From Phoronis australis (taxonomy: Eukaryota; Animalia; Phoronida), in NCBI GenBank assembly GCA_002633005.1, contig NMRA01000246.1, positions 172,025 through 236,024 on the forward strand: 64,000 bases of DNA. The letters are read 5' to 3'. The position numbers and the translations under genes were made by a program. Each line of letters starts with the position of its first letter. Position 1 is the first letter of the stretch. The notes under the pieces are model-generated. The model saw nothing but the letters and a program-made list of their open reading frames with translations, had not been told where the DNA came from and ran no database searches. Shown here in pieces: positions 24,236 through 36,058 of the stretch.

Positions 24236-27200
24236 AATTTCTCACGTGACCTGAAATGTGTTACGACCAGACTGGTTAATTACACCTAGTACGTATTTTT
24301 TGATATTATATGGGCGAAGTAGTGCAAAGTAGAATTCCATACGCCTTACATTTCATCTCCTCCAAAACACTAATACCAACAACCAAACGCGCACCAACCA
24401 AACACCAGTGGCGGATTTAGAGGGGAGGGGGGCAAGGGGCTATGCTCCCCCTAAACATCCTGGCTAATACTGTGCCCTGTGCCCAACTCGCCCCTGCACA
24501 CTGTCGGAATTTCGTGAAAATGACAAGCTTTTGATTGACAAATCGGGTGTCGCAACTGTATGGATTCCCAGTTGGAAGCAGACGCAAACACAACTTCATT
24601 TAAACGGGCCCATCTTTGGCGGCGAATTCTATATCCACGTTCATTCAAACGCGGTGAGACTAATGCTCATTGGTTGAGACCAATGCTCATTGGGTGTGTC
24701 CAAGGAGTGTATTACACTCTTTGGTGATGCTGTCTAGCTGTGCAGTCCCAAGGTCAATTCGGTGCTCACGAGCTGACTGTTATTAATAAACGTTTGTTAA
24801 GTTTTAATATAACAACATCAAAGACTATTTATTAGATTCTAACTTGAACATTTGTTACGAAAGCTGAATGCAATTTACAATTGTTAAGTTTAAAACAAGA
24901 CTGTTAACAAAAAGTAACTGAATTTACTTTACATTGCGCAAGAGTGTTTTTGTAAAGTTGCGTCATGTGCCGGTTGAAAGTTTCAGACACGTCGAATTTT
25001 TCGGTGAAAAAGAACATTTTTACGGTTCATGTGAGAAAACAAAGCCTCGGGATTTTGGCGAAATTTCCAAGAGATTTTGCCCCTGTCAAAAACCTGAGAC
25101 TCGTGTATGATTCTCTATATAATGGGAGTTCTTTGAGACTTGACACTGACAAGTTTGTTTTTTTTTTCAAGTTGTAAAAGCCGCGGACGACGCCGGGAAG
25201 AACGAGTTTGTAAACTACGTCACCTATCTTATATTGCCCCGCTAAATGTCGCGGGTGTAAAAAGTTATTGAGAGACTGGGGCGCGTTTGCATTTCCGTGT
25301 TCTGGTTGTGTAGTCTCACTCGCACCGGCCAAATAGCAGTGGACCAGTGCAATTCAATTCTGGACGAGCTCAGGAAACATCTACTGTTTTCCGTCACATC
25401 CCTTACAAGTCTCTAAGTTTTCTGTGGTGTCATCCCAAGTTTACTAGCTGAAAAGCGTCCCATAATGCATTAGAAAAATGATAGCATCCCCACAGATGAA
25501 GTACTTCGTATTGAAGTAAACGTTGACGAATTTGATCTCGGCATCTTCAGTTGTATGCATGTAGCGGTTGACGAACTTGCATTGAATTTGCTCTTGAACG
25601 TGACATTTCCACAATGTTGTCTTCTTCATTCTGAAGGGACACCTTGTGAGCCAAATGCACCGTAAACCTTTCGCTGCGATAAGCTGAAACTATGAACAAG
25701 CCATACCCACTACATGTCCATTACAAAAGTAGGCCATCTTGCTGGAAGTGTGAAGCAGGGGCACAGGCATGGTTTAAAGGCGCAGGGTCAAATACAGGTC
25801 TCCTAACCCATATGGACTTCAATTCAATTCAAGTCCACAAGGCAACATACATCACGTAGCCAGTTGAACACCGTATGCAGCCAGTTGGAAGGTGTCTATA
25901 TGTTTATGACTCTTGTAACCTGTTGATACCTTTTTCGCAAACACACACACGGCACTTCCACACACACAGTGACGAATACACCGTGACGCTAGGGAGATTG
26001 TGGGCATATGGGTGCTCATTAGTCAAAAATGCCATTGACTTACTGGCCACGCAAATATGCCATCGGATGTGAAGACAGCCGCGTGTGTTGATGTGCCCAG
26101 GCACATTATAAGAACATTAACACTCACGTTTGTCGTCTTGTCCGGTTTTCGTCATGTCTTCAAATCCCTGTGTAAAACAAATGGTTATTAATTACCATAT
26201 ATGCCAGAAACACAGATTCCTTATGAACTAACATTAACTGCGAGCATGAGGTATGCAGTAATCAAATTGAATCCCTGAGAGGAGTTGCAGCTGGGGGAAG
26301 ACACGGTTAAAAAAAATCGACGATCCAGCCTGACCTCTGGCGGTTGTTACTTGTATTTTTTATTGACTAGTCGACACTGTCGCTTATCACCAGTAGTTTG
26401 CAACTTTGTGCAGGGATTATTTGTCAAGATTAATCGTCAGTATGTCCATGACGCAGTTATCGAATATGTTATAGGGAAATTATACCAATTTATGTTTAGT
26501 TTCATGGGCGTTATATAAATACCTTCTTTTTTAACGATAACGTAGATGAATGTATGCATCTTCTTAATCCTACGTAAAATGATTTGGAAGTACTAAGTGT
26601 CAGACAAGTGACTGTTCGTTGTTGGCTGTCTTGAAATTTCGAATGTCGTTTTTCAAATTGTGTAGATCAACACGAAAATAGGCATGTTTGTCATTTTCTT
26701 CAGTCATGGAAAACGTGTCATGGACATCTCTACTATAAAAAATCCAAAATATTCATTGATAAGATGGATAGGCTATAAAATATCACATTATTTTTCATAT
26801 TGATCGGGAACGGTATATATGTTCTTTAAGTTAATTTTCAAGCTAAAAAGACACTGTTCAAGAAGATCTCTGTGGTTCCCAACAGTTGTTAGCATTTCAA
26901 CGTCAGGGCCGATTTTATTAAGGATTCAGACAATGGAAACTCGGTGAGTTGATAATGAATTTCTAAAAGTTATTGAGTAACATGAGATACTCACGAAAAT
27001 TGACAATATTGTCATCTCCCGCTGTGACTGTCAATGAAACATTTGGTCTCTCTGGTTACGTTAAGTGCGGAGATTTTTACTGTCCAACTTCAGTGATAAA
27101 TCAGTGGTTTTCAATTGTAGTGACATTTTATGGATATAATGGAACATAAAATACTGCTCCATTTGCAACAGGCATATGTATACTTTCCCACTCATGTTAT

Positions 27201-28377
27201 GATGTGAACTACTCCCCAATAAGAGCTAACATATTCCTATCTCTTTAACAAACCAAACCAACTACTTTGGCTTCATACGACCTCCTAGTGTGACCTCTGC
27301 GAGGACACCAAGATGCAGATGATTCCAATCTATTCTGAGCTACGGCACACCGTTCTATTTTGAATTCCTTGAATATGCGCTCTAGTTTTTCAAAGACTCC
27401 ATGGAGTATGTATGGAATCTACACAGTTTCTTGTGTATGGTCCTCATATACATTCTCCTTTCTTTATGATGTTACTGCCGATTCGGTGAATCTTTCTGTG
27501 TGAACACCCATTTTGAAAGTTTGTACAATGTTGTCCATCTCAATTTGGAGTACTGTTCCGAATTTATTTCATAATCTATAGCCGAGGGAAAACGTGTGCT
27601 AGATTTTGATTGCTAATATTTTCGTTGTTTGAGAGAGTAAATCGAACATTTCTTAACAAATCATTTATGTAGCGATGACCAAGAGTGACAGTTATTTTGT
27701 CCGACGTATTCGCATGACTTTCAATTCACTGACGAGGTTATCATCGGTATAAGTTATTAATTATATTTCAGTATCACGATTGCATAATTGTTCATCATGA
27801 TTAGATGGGGGCATTTAACGAAACTTGGCAACGATTTCCTAAAAGCGTCATAGTAAACAGCTGCTTGTCCATTCCAGTTAACACCAAGAGCGGTCTAATG
27901 CAGGCACAAAATAATTCGCCAGCGAGCAAAACGTGTTTCCCAGAAAAACAACCTATCCGGAACTTCCACTGCGTATAATAAGCCGTTTTGTGTGCCGGGC
28001 TCTATACTATAGCCTACCTGGTGATCTGACAAGCGTAAACGCCCCCCACGCGTAAATTGCCCTTTTGACGTCTGCATCCAAAAACTAAGTTAACAAAAAT
28101 CGCGTTCGTTTATCTAGATAATTATTCTTCATGCAACCAGGCGCTTGTGAGTGACTTCAAGTACATAGAACCAAAGTTTATCAATTGCCCCTTCGACTGT
28201 AGTCAGTATGTCTCGGGCGTTTACACAGACTTTTTGTGCTCCTGGCATGTGCACTGGGAATTCCAAAGGACTATTGCATTCAGCAATAAGAGCGCACTTT
28301 TCAATGGACCCTGGGCAGAATAACACCTTCTGTTCTTACGAAATGAAATCAACACACTGAGTAGGCAAAAGACTTAC

Positions 28378-28515
28378 TGGTTGGTGTATCTCTTCCGTTT
28401 TCGTCCTTAAACCTGTCGAGTCGCAGTTTGTAGACTGGTCGTCAGGTTTGATACCACGAGCATGCGTTTCTGGGAACTCTTGATCGGCAGTACTATTCAA
28501 ATCGACAACTCCTTC
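28378..28515 (-). CDS. Candidate 138-nt coding exon (EGVVDLNSTADQEFPETHARGIKPDDQSTNCDSTGLRTKTEEIHQP), possibly the SLC26 N-terminal extension
   Basis: Acceptor ttctgattacag and donor gtaagt; open phase 0/0 reading; low-complexity hydrophilic composition. No homology recognised. Confidence 0.4.
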
Positions 28516-28529
28516 CTGTAATCAGAACG

Positions 28530-28812
28530 ATATATGTTATGAATATGTATATGTATATGTTATGAATATGTATGTGTATATTTATATGTAAACGTATGTA
28601 TATTTATATGTATATGTAAAAGTATGTATATTTACATGTATATGTAAAAATATGTACATGTATATTTACATGTATATGTAAAAGTATGTACATGTATATT
28701 TACATGTATATGTAAAAGTATGTATATTTACATGTATATGTAAAAGTATGTATATTTACATGTATATGTAAAAGTATGTATATTTACATGTATATGTAAA
28801 AGTATGTGTATT
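28530..28812. repeat. AT-rich minisatellite, ~28 bp unit ATGTATATGTAAAAGTATGTATATTTAC
   Basis: Directly visible tandem array grading out of (TA/TG)n. Confidence 0.9.
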
Positions 28813-31800
28813 TACACACCGTGCAGTCATGATGTGTAAACCTTGCAACCGTTACGAAGGCTTTGCGCCTTTGGTACTTCATTTCATGGATCGAATGCAC
28901 CTCGATTGTTTGGAGAGAGAATGCTCTCTGTGTTGGACTATATTTTGAACATTGTGCGGCGCTGAACGAGTAGACTCTGTCGACCTTATAACAAGCTATG
29001 AAACCCTGCCAGGGTTTTTGCGCAGAAGGCATGATTAAAGGGTAAACTTCTATCCGAAGGATTTGCGTATCTTCTGAAATCTCATTGAATGGCTGAAACC
29101 GTAGTGTACGTGATTTTCTGCATATACACATGTTAATGGTTATATAAAGTCAGGTGGTTTGTCTAGCAGAACCAAACAATATCACAGACGTCCCGGCGTC
29201 AGGGTACGAGTTTGTTATCTTGTCCTTGACTTCAACAGGGGCGCAGCCAGACATTTTCAACTATTAAAGTACGCTCGAACTTGGATCTGTGTGTCGACCG
29301 TGGATAGCTGTTGACGCCCGGGGGCATGTGAACGCAGTTGGTAGCAGTCTTTCCCTCAAACAAGATTTTTAAAAATTTGATGAGATGTTTTACGTCACGA
29401 GAGTTTACAGTCCTTTTTTCATAACACTACAGCTGACCAGGGGCCTTCATTAGAAAACTGGCCTACTTTCTAAGTTTGTCCCTTTTAAGTAAGTCCTGAT
29501 TAATCGGTATCAGCGCAAAGTGACTAGAAGAAACCCACATTATAAGCGAAGGCAAATGGTCACGTTTTTTGGTATTCAAATCGGTTCTGTTTTATTGAAA
29601 AAATTTGAGTTAAAACTTGAGTAGAAATTATCGAATACAAGTTTAGTCATTTAATTATTAGAGCACCACTGCCTTGAAATAATTCATACACATTTTCTCA
29701 GTAAGTGACAGTTGTGGTAGTCTCCGATACTTTGCACTCTTGCTAAAGTGAGTGACAGCTTTGGTTATATTCTCTGGTACTTTGCACTCTTGCTAAAGTG
29801 ACTTTTATGTAGTTTTCAGAAAAAAGTAATGTGGAGAGTAAGACTAATTTTCGGTATTAAGTTAGTATGTCACTTTTCATAATACAAACCATGCAAGCTT
29901 TTAGGCTTCCATATCCAAATATTCAAGCCTCAAGTACAATTTAAAACTTTTTTATCGCAGGGTAAAAACTAATCCACAGAGAGATGAAATCTAAGATGAA
30001 CACGGCACTCAAAGGCCCGGATAATTCAAATGCGATGTAGAGCGACGAGATGTGTGGCTGCTGGGAGTTACGGAATCCCAAGCTTGTCAGTTGTTAACGC
30101 TTAAGGATTTGTTCAGATTAGCGCGTTAATCTAGATCCACATGTGTTAAACAATGCATTAAATCGGACATTTTGAGTGAATTTAAGCAACTAATCCAAGA
30201 AATGGCACTGCGACCAAGTTAGATACAGGTTATCCGCCAGTCATGACTCAGGAGCGGAAATTCTAACACTGAAGGACAAACTAGAGTTTTTGTTGCAAGA
30301 CCAAACATTTGCCGAAGGCCTTTTGCACAAACTTGCAACTTCATTTCTGTTACTTTAGTACAAATCGTAGCATTTCACACCGTAATCATAAGGATACCTG
30401 GTACTTCGGTTTATGCTTATTAGTTGAAATCGTGTGAATACTGGCAGTCTGAAATGTCGAGTCCAAAATCATTTGGGCGATTGCTGGGGGCCATTGCGGG
30501 CAGTAGTTATGGGTCATCTTATGCCAGAAATATATTTCAAGGTAGTTCTTGATTGAAAATATATCTACACTTGTAAGTCATGTATGTCATGACTCCTATA
30601 AATGCGCCCACATTATATGAATATTGAAAAAGAATATTATTTTCCGGTATAGCGCAACAAACTAGTAATATGTTATATTCACACTGGTTATAGTTGGAAT
30701 AATGAAATATAAGTTAATGTGTGTTTCATTTGATTCCCTTCTAAGTGCAGAAAACACAGTGAATAAACAACATACCTCCATTACTTAATCTGTTACAGGC
30801 CGACCGGTAGAACTAATTTTCACCATTGTTCGAACAATTTGGAACAGAATCGAGCGTATGCCGCGATATTATCGTCTACGGCCGCTGACATGAACTCCGG
30901 CCTGTATCCGACGTGGTCGCAGCGTCCTCATGTGATTGAAATCTTCGAAGATATACCTCGTTAGATAACCCAAATACGTTTTAAATGTTCGAAAGCAATC
31001 ATCATAAAAGGACATTCGTCTTCACTCAAAACTTAAAAATGAAGCAATAGTGTGTGCGTGTTTTTCAAAACACTTTATATCATAAAATTCGTGAATATTT
31101 TTAAGACAAAGTTTATTTCAATGATCCAAAATGACACAAGAAGAATTCAAATATCAGTCACTTCATGACTATTCATACCCAAATTAGTGTGCGTGCGCAT
31201 TCAAAGAGGAATGCCCTCTTTGGGACAACCTATATACGTGACAGGCTTGTTGCTGTATTTGCAGACCGTGAAGCTGAGGTCGTATTCCTTCAGTGAATTT
31301 ACGCGGAGTTATATCTACTACACCACGACTCCCGGAGTTTTATAATTGAGAACCTGCTTTTGAACACACATTGAACGTGCGAAAAATAGGTCTCTGGCGC
31401 ATTCATAAAGGGCTATTCCGCTACTAAGCGCTTTGAGGTTAAAAAAATCATTACTTTCATCCATGCCGAAACTCAAACTACAGAAAATGCGTACATGCGC
31501 CACTACGGAATTCACAATTTTAGGGATGCCCAGCCTCAATGCACTCTGAACTGTTTTTCTAGTCGTTGGTGGTTTGATGTTCTTGTTGGTAACGGAAATA
31601 GAATCTCATCACGGTAATGAATATTACGAGACCGATTTTATGATAGTACAAGGCTTATTCAATTTTCTTTTTGGACAGCTAAACAGGTAGAAATGCCGCT
31701 TTAAATTACACAAACAATAAAAATTGGTGTCTCTGATATTTAAATTTCTAGCACGAGAATTTTCGTTCCATACATTGGGCTTTTCGCGCTCTTTTATCAT

Positions 31801-33204
31801 TTAATTTTGCCCGAAATTAATAAATCGATATCGACTCTGAGCGTTTTACTGCTGGAAAGTTGCTCAGTTGATCTACTCGAACGTTACGAACCGAAGATTG
31901 TACAATACAAAATACGCGTTGTCAAATTTCTAACACTACATGCCTGAGTGAACAACTGTTACCAAACTATACCAGGTCAAAATGTATTATTCCGAAAATG
32001 GCTTAAATAAAGAATCTCAAGTTTTTAATTAATTAGGAGTCAGTTATTTGAAACACTTTTTTACTAAAGTTGGAACACAGAAGTAGAAGAAAAAGTGTAA
32101 ATCGTGTGCCAATAAATACAGTCGTACCATTTTCAATCAGAGCTTCAAATTTCTTTTCGCACATCTAGAAAAACTGGCTCTAAAAATTGCACAATGTCAG
32201 AAGGTACGCGTTTCAACTGTCAATCGCTGTGATAAAACGGTCTTTCCGTAGTATTTATGATGTGTTCAAATAAAAAACAGTTAGCCACAGCCTGTAACCG
32301 ATATAATGCATTATTTTTGTATTTGAAAATATTTTTTGAAATTCTGCTAGATTGATTTGATCAAGTTCTTACCGACATCCTTGCGTTCCGCTTTCCTATT
32401 AACTTGCATAACAGGGTATTAAAGTTTTATGACGCGAGCGTCAACAAAGAGTCATCATTTTTAGCGCATTAGTACATTCTGCACAGCCGCTCAACCTTGC
32501 ATACATGTATGTTTAGGTTGCCGTTGCTAACATTCCATGCTGCCTGCACGCAATCTAATTAAGGGCCCATTACCCTAGTTTCATATAGATATACCTTTTA
32601 ACGTTATTTTACCCCATTTGTACCATAGGCGGATTTAGGGGGGAATACAGGGCCCCCCCCCCTTGGCTGCCGCAAAAAATAAAACAGTAAGAGCGTAGGG
32701 AAATGTTGAGTTTATTAATTAACCCCGGTAATTGACCTATCGCAAGCTCCGCCCCTATGCGAAAAGTCACATGATACCCGACATTCGAACGAGATGTCAG
32801 CGGCAAATACACTGTCGCTAAACGACGTTCCTGGTGGAATCGATGAGTGTTTTTGCACTATTTGAAAACGCGTCGACAGAGACAAGAGGCGATGCTTTTC
32901 AACAGTGAATCGTACGTTCATGATATGGGAATTTGTAAAGGTGACGATGAAAAAATAAGTGCTCGAGAAGCCAGAGAAAATCCGAAGAACCCCTCGCTCG
33001 CCCTCGGGCTACCTTCACCTGACAAATGGCAAGGCCACTGATACGATATGTTCATGTAAAGCTGGGTATGTACCTTAAANAATTTGTTAAGAATTGATGG
33101 CACAAAATATAAAACGTGTAATAAGCATTACAAAAAGAAGTAGGTTTCGCGCAAACGCTGTGGACCATAAGTAAGTAGGTCTCTTAGAAACAGTTTAGAA
33201 GTCA

Positions 33205-33285
33205 AGTTGTGGTGGTGTAGTGGTAACGCTCGCGCGTTCTTTCCGGCAGGTCGTGAGTTCGAGTCTTAGGTAGTTGCTGTTTTTT
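33205..33285 (+). pseudogene. Degenerate tRNA-like / SINE-head Pol III unit
   Basis: A box TGGTGTAGTGG 33213-33223 and B box GTTCGAGTC 33257-33265. D-arm GTGT/ACGC and T-arm TGAG/CTTA pair; anticodon and acceptor stems do not. T-run at 33280-33285. Confidence 0.55.
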
Positions 33286-34955
33286 CTGTGCGACACGTTC
33301 TCCGTTTCTTTCTTTTGTCTTCAGGAATCAAGGAAAATGCTTAATTTTTAGAGATAAAAACAGAAAAGTTTCTTGGGCGGGAGGGGGCAAACCCCCCTCC
33401 CGACCTCCCCCCACTTCAGTTTGCGCAAATGCTTACAGCCGGACAAAAAGTTGACCCCCCCTTGTGATATTCTAGATCCGCCACTGTTGATGAATCATGA
33501 CGTAGCATTTCAAGCATATTTAATAACAAGAAAAACTGATTTTGGTGCTTTGTAGGCCAAGTCCAACCTAATAACTTCCTGAAGTCTGTCCCTTACAACA
33601 ATAATCTCAAACTGCGTATTTCGGTCGCTGTTCCTTTAAGCAGAGCCCGAGTGTTGCCCGGTAGAACGCGCCAACCTCAGAATTGTTTGCATGTACATGA
33701 CAACGATAAATTTGTGGAAGAACATCTTCCACGTTTCACACATAGTACAGTACCCAACCGTTTTGGATTCCATGCGAAAATAGAAGTGATTTGTACACCA
33801 TTGTGTGTGCCGTGTTGTATTCATGCAAGCATACACGCGCCATATGACGAATGTTATTTCGAGCTTTGACCTTTGTTGTTAGGCAGAAGCATTCCACCAC
33901 TGAAAATTTGTCTAGCGTGTTATAGTTGTCACATCTGTCATGTGTACTGATATGTATGCCCTTAGTTTCACCCGACGGATTGATCTAGATCAGCTCTGAA
34001 ATCTGGGCGTGTCTCAGGCGGCCTTAGTCCACCACTGGATTTGTCTGGTAGTATTCATTGATGATACATTGTCATTTGTAACATTTTGCAACCAATGTTA
34101 TGCGGTTACCTCTTGGGTTGATCTAGCTTGGGCTAGTTCAACTCGGAGATTTGGGCGTGTCTGGTGAGGGTAATCCACCACTGAATTTGTTTGGCAGTGT
34201 TCACTCATGATGCATTGGTCTATGTTGAATAATTTGCAACCAGTTTTGTTTTCATGCGGTTGCTTCTTACATCGATCTAGCAATTTTTGGCCTCAGTTAC
34301 TAACCTTCTGCATGGCTGATGTTCCTCATCATTAAAATGTCCGGAAGTGGCTAATTTTGATACAGTGATTTTAGTAGTAGGTGACGCAGGTATTTTAAGT
34401 GGTTACCAGAAAAGTTGATCAAGCTCAATTTTTGAGTGCCATTCTAATGGCTCCCTGACCACACTCACCTAGAGAGAACCTGCCAGACGGTCATTTAATA
34501 GCATTGGGACGGATCGCTGGGGGTATCAAAGAAAAAATGGTTACTTTTTCATGTCCAAAATCCTCTGAGATCCCTGTCAACAGACTTCACCCTGAGTTTT
34601 TAGAGCAGTGAAAGCAGGATGCCGTGAAAATGTCCAATCGTTCTGGCTTTGAGGTAAGATTGATGCGATTGGTTAAAAAGTACTTGTGTTGCTTGGGAAC
34701 AGGTTTTCTCCAAGTTTAAAGAAGTGGCAAGGAGTTTAAATATGACTAAAAGTTTTAAAATTCGCCGATTAATCATGCAGTGAAGTTAGTGGTGAATGGG
34801 CACAGTGGAGGAAAGAAATTTAACCTCCAGTCCATACTTCTGTATGATTTTATGCTATTGAAAAACAATTTCAGTTCGTCAAAATTCCGTGAGAAAAGAG
34901 GGCGCCAAAACGTATCTCAAGCCCTACTAACTTCGCACTGAAAATGCCGAATCGA

Positions 34956-35331
34956 GGGGGGTCAATAATTGATCGGCCTCTAAACCACTTGCCCGGTTTT
35001 CAAGTGACTGGACTGCAAACCACAATGGCCGGCGTTATAGCTTGGTGGTCGAACCTCAAAACACGATGTCCTCACCAAAAAAAAAACTTTTTCAAAGCGA
35101 GACTCTGAGAAAGTCCGGGCGTCGTGTCTGATCACCGGCGAACTGGTTATAACACCAGTCATCGTGTTTGGGTCCAAGCAACTAGTTTTTTTGGATTAAA
35201 CCATCGCGATTTGAACTTAGTCCGTACAACAGGTTTGATCAACGGCCAAAAGTTGGTTTTGCAGTCCAGCCGACTGGTTTTGGAGTCCGGGCTAGTGGTT
35301 TTGAAATCCGACCAATTGTTGGATTCCCCCC
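34956..35331. mobile_element. MITE with long imperfect TIRs
   Basis: Left arm gggggg-tcaataattgatcgg...aaaccact...ccgg...tggactgcaaacca...ggccg is the reverse complement of right arm cggcc...tggttttgcagtcca...ccgg...agtggtttt...ccgaccaattgttgg...cccccc. Confidence 0.7.
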
Positions 35332-35901
35332 ATGCGAATAGTGTATCGACAACACTTTTATCGTTCTGATGTGAAATGGCACTGTCACGTCAAATGTACA
35401 TGTGACATTAACTTTTTTGATAATGGAATCACTTAAATTTATTCAGCAGCTTGGATTAACAAACTGTCATAAGTAAACGATTTTTGTGACACATTTATCT
35501 CACGAAATGACATTTTTACGGTAATTCATAGTCGTCTTGCTGCAGTTTTTCGTCGAGGTTGTTGAGCAGTTATACGGCAGGTAAAATTTTCGGCAGATTT
35601 TGTTTCAGAACCCCAAAAGCAAAGCTTCAGGTTATCTATTAATAGTCCTAAGTAATGTGCAACGTAATTGAATCGGGAAATAGAATTAGTTACTCCTGCG
35701 TAGGACATAATGACCGAAACACCAAGCCTAGAGCGACATTTTACCGGCTACATTCATTTTTTCCGGGAAGTGCTTTACCTAAAGTGCTGGTACAAAAGAC
35801 GGATTTTTTAAACCACTATATACTTTCTTACAGGTATGTTCTTCATAGCGGCTGTCTCCCAAATTTGTTACTCTGTGAATTTTGATTTCTGGAGGAAGAA
35901 C

Positions 35902-36058
35902 CAGGGGCGGATCCAGGATTTTGATTTATGGCGGGGGGCAGGGCAAAATATTAGCCAGGATTTTGCCCGTCAGACATTCGCCTTCCCGAACTGCCAAATA
36001 GAATCTGGGAGAATTTTAGGGGGGCCATGGCCCCCTTCCCCCCTTGAATCCGCCACTG
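35902..36058. mobile_element. Short CAG(G/T)GGCGGAT-type MITE; related ends at 24406, 32624, 33471-33486 and 39941-39953
   Basis: caggggcggatccagg ... cttgaatccgccactg TIRs with G-rich subterminal tracts; no clean TSD. Confidence 0.65.

Noticed and set aside
28784-29131. 115-aa minus-strand ORF
   Set aside because: No recognisable domain, and it runs into the minisatellite; it cannot be supported as coding.
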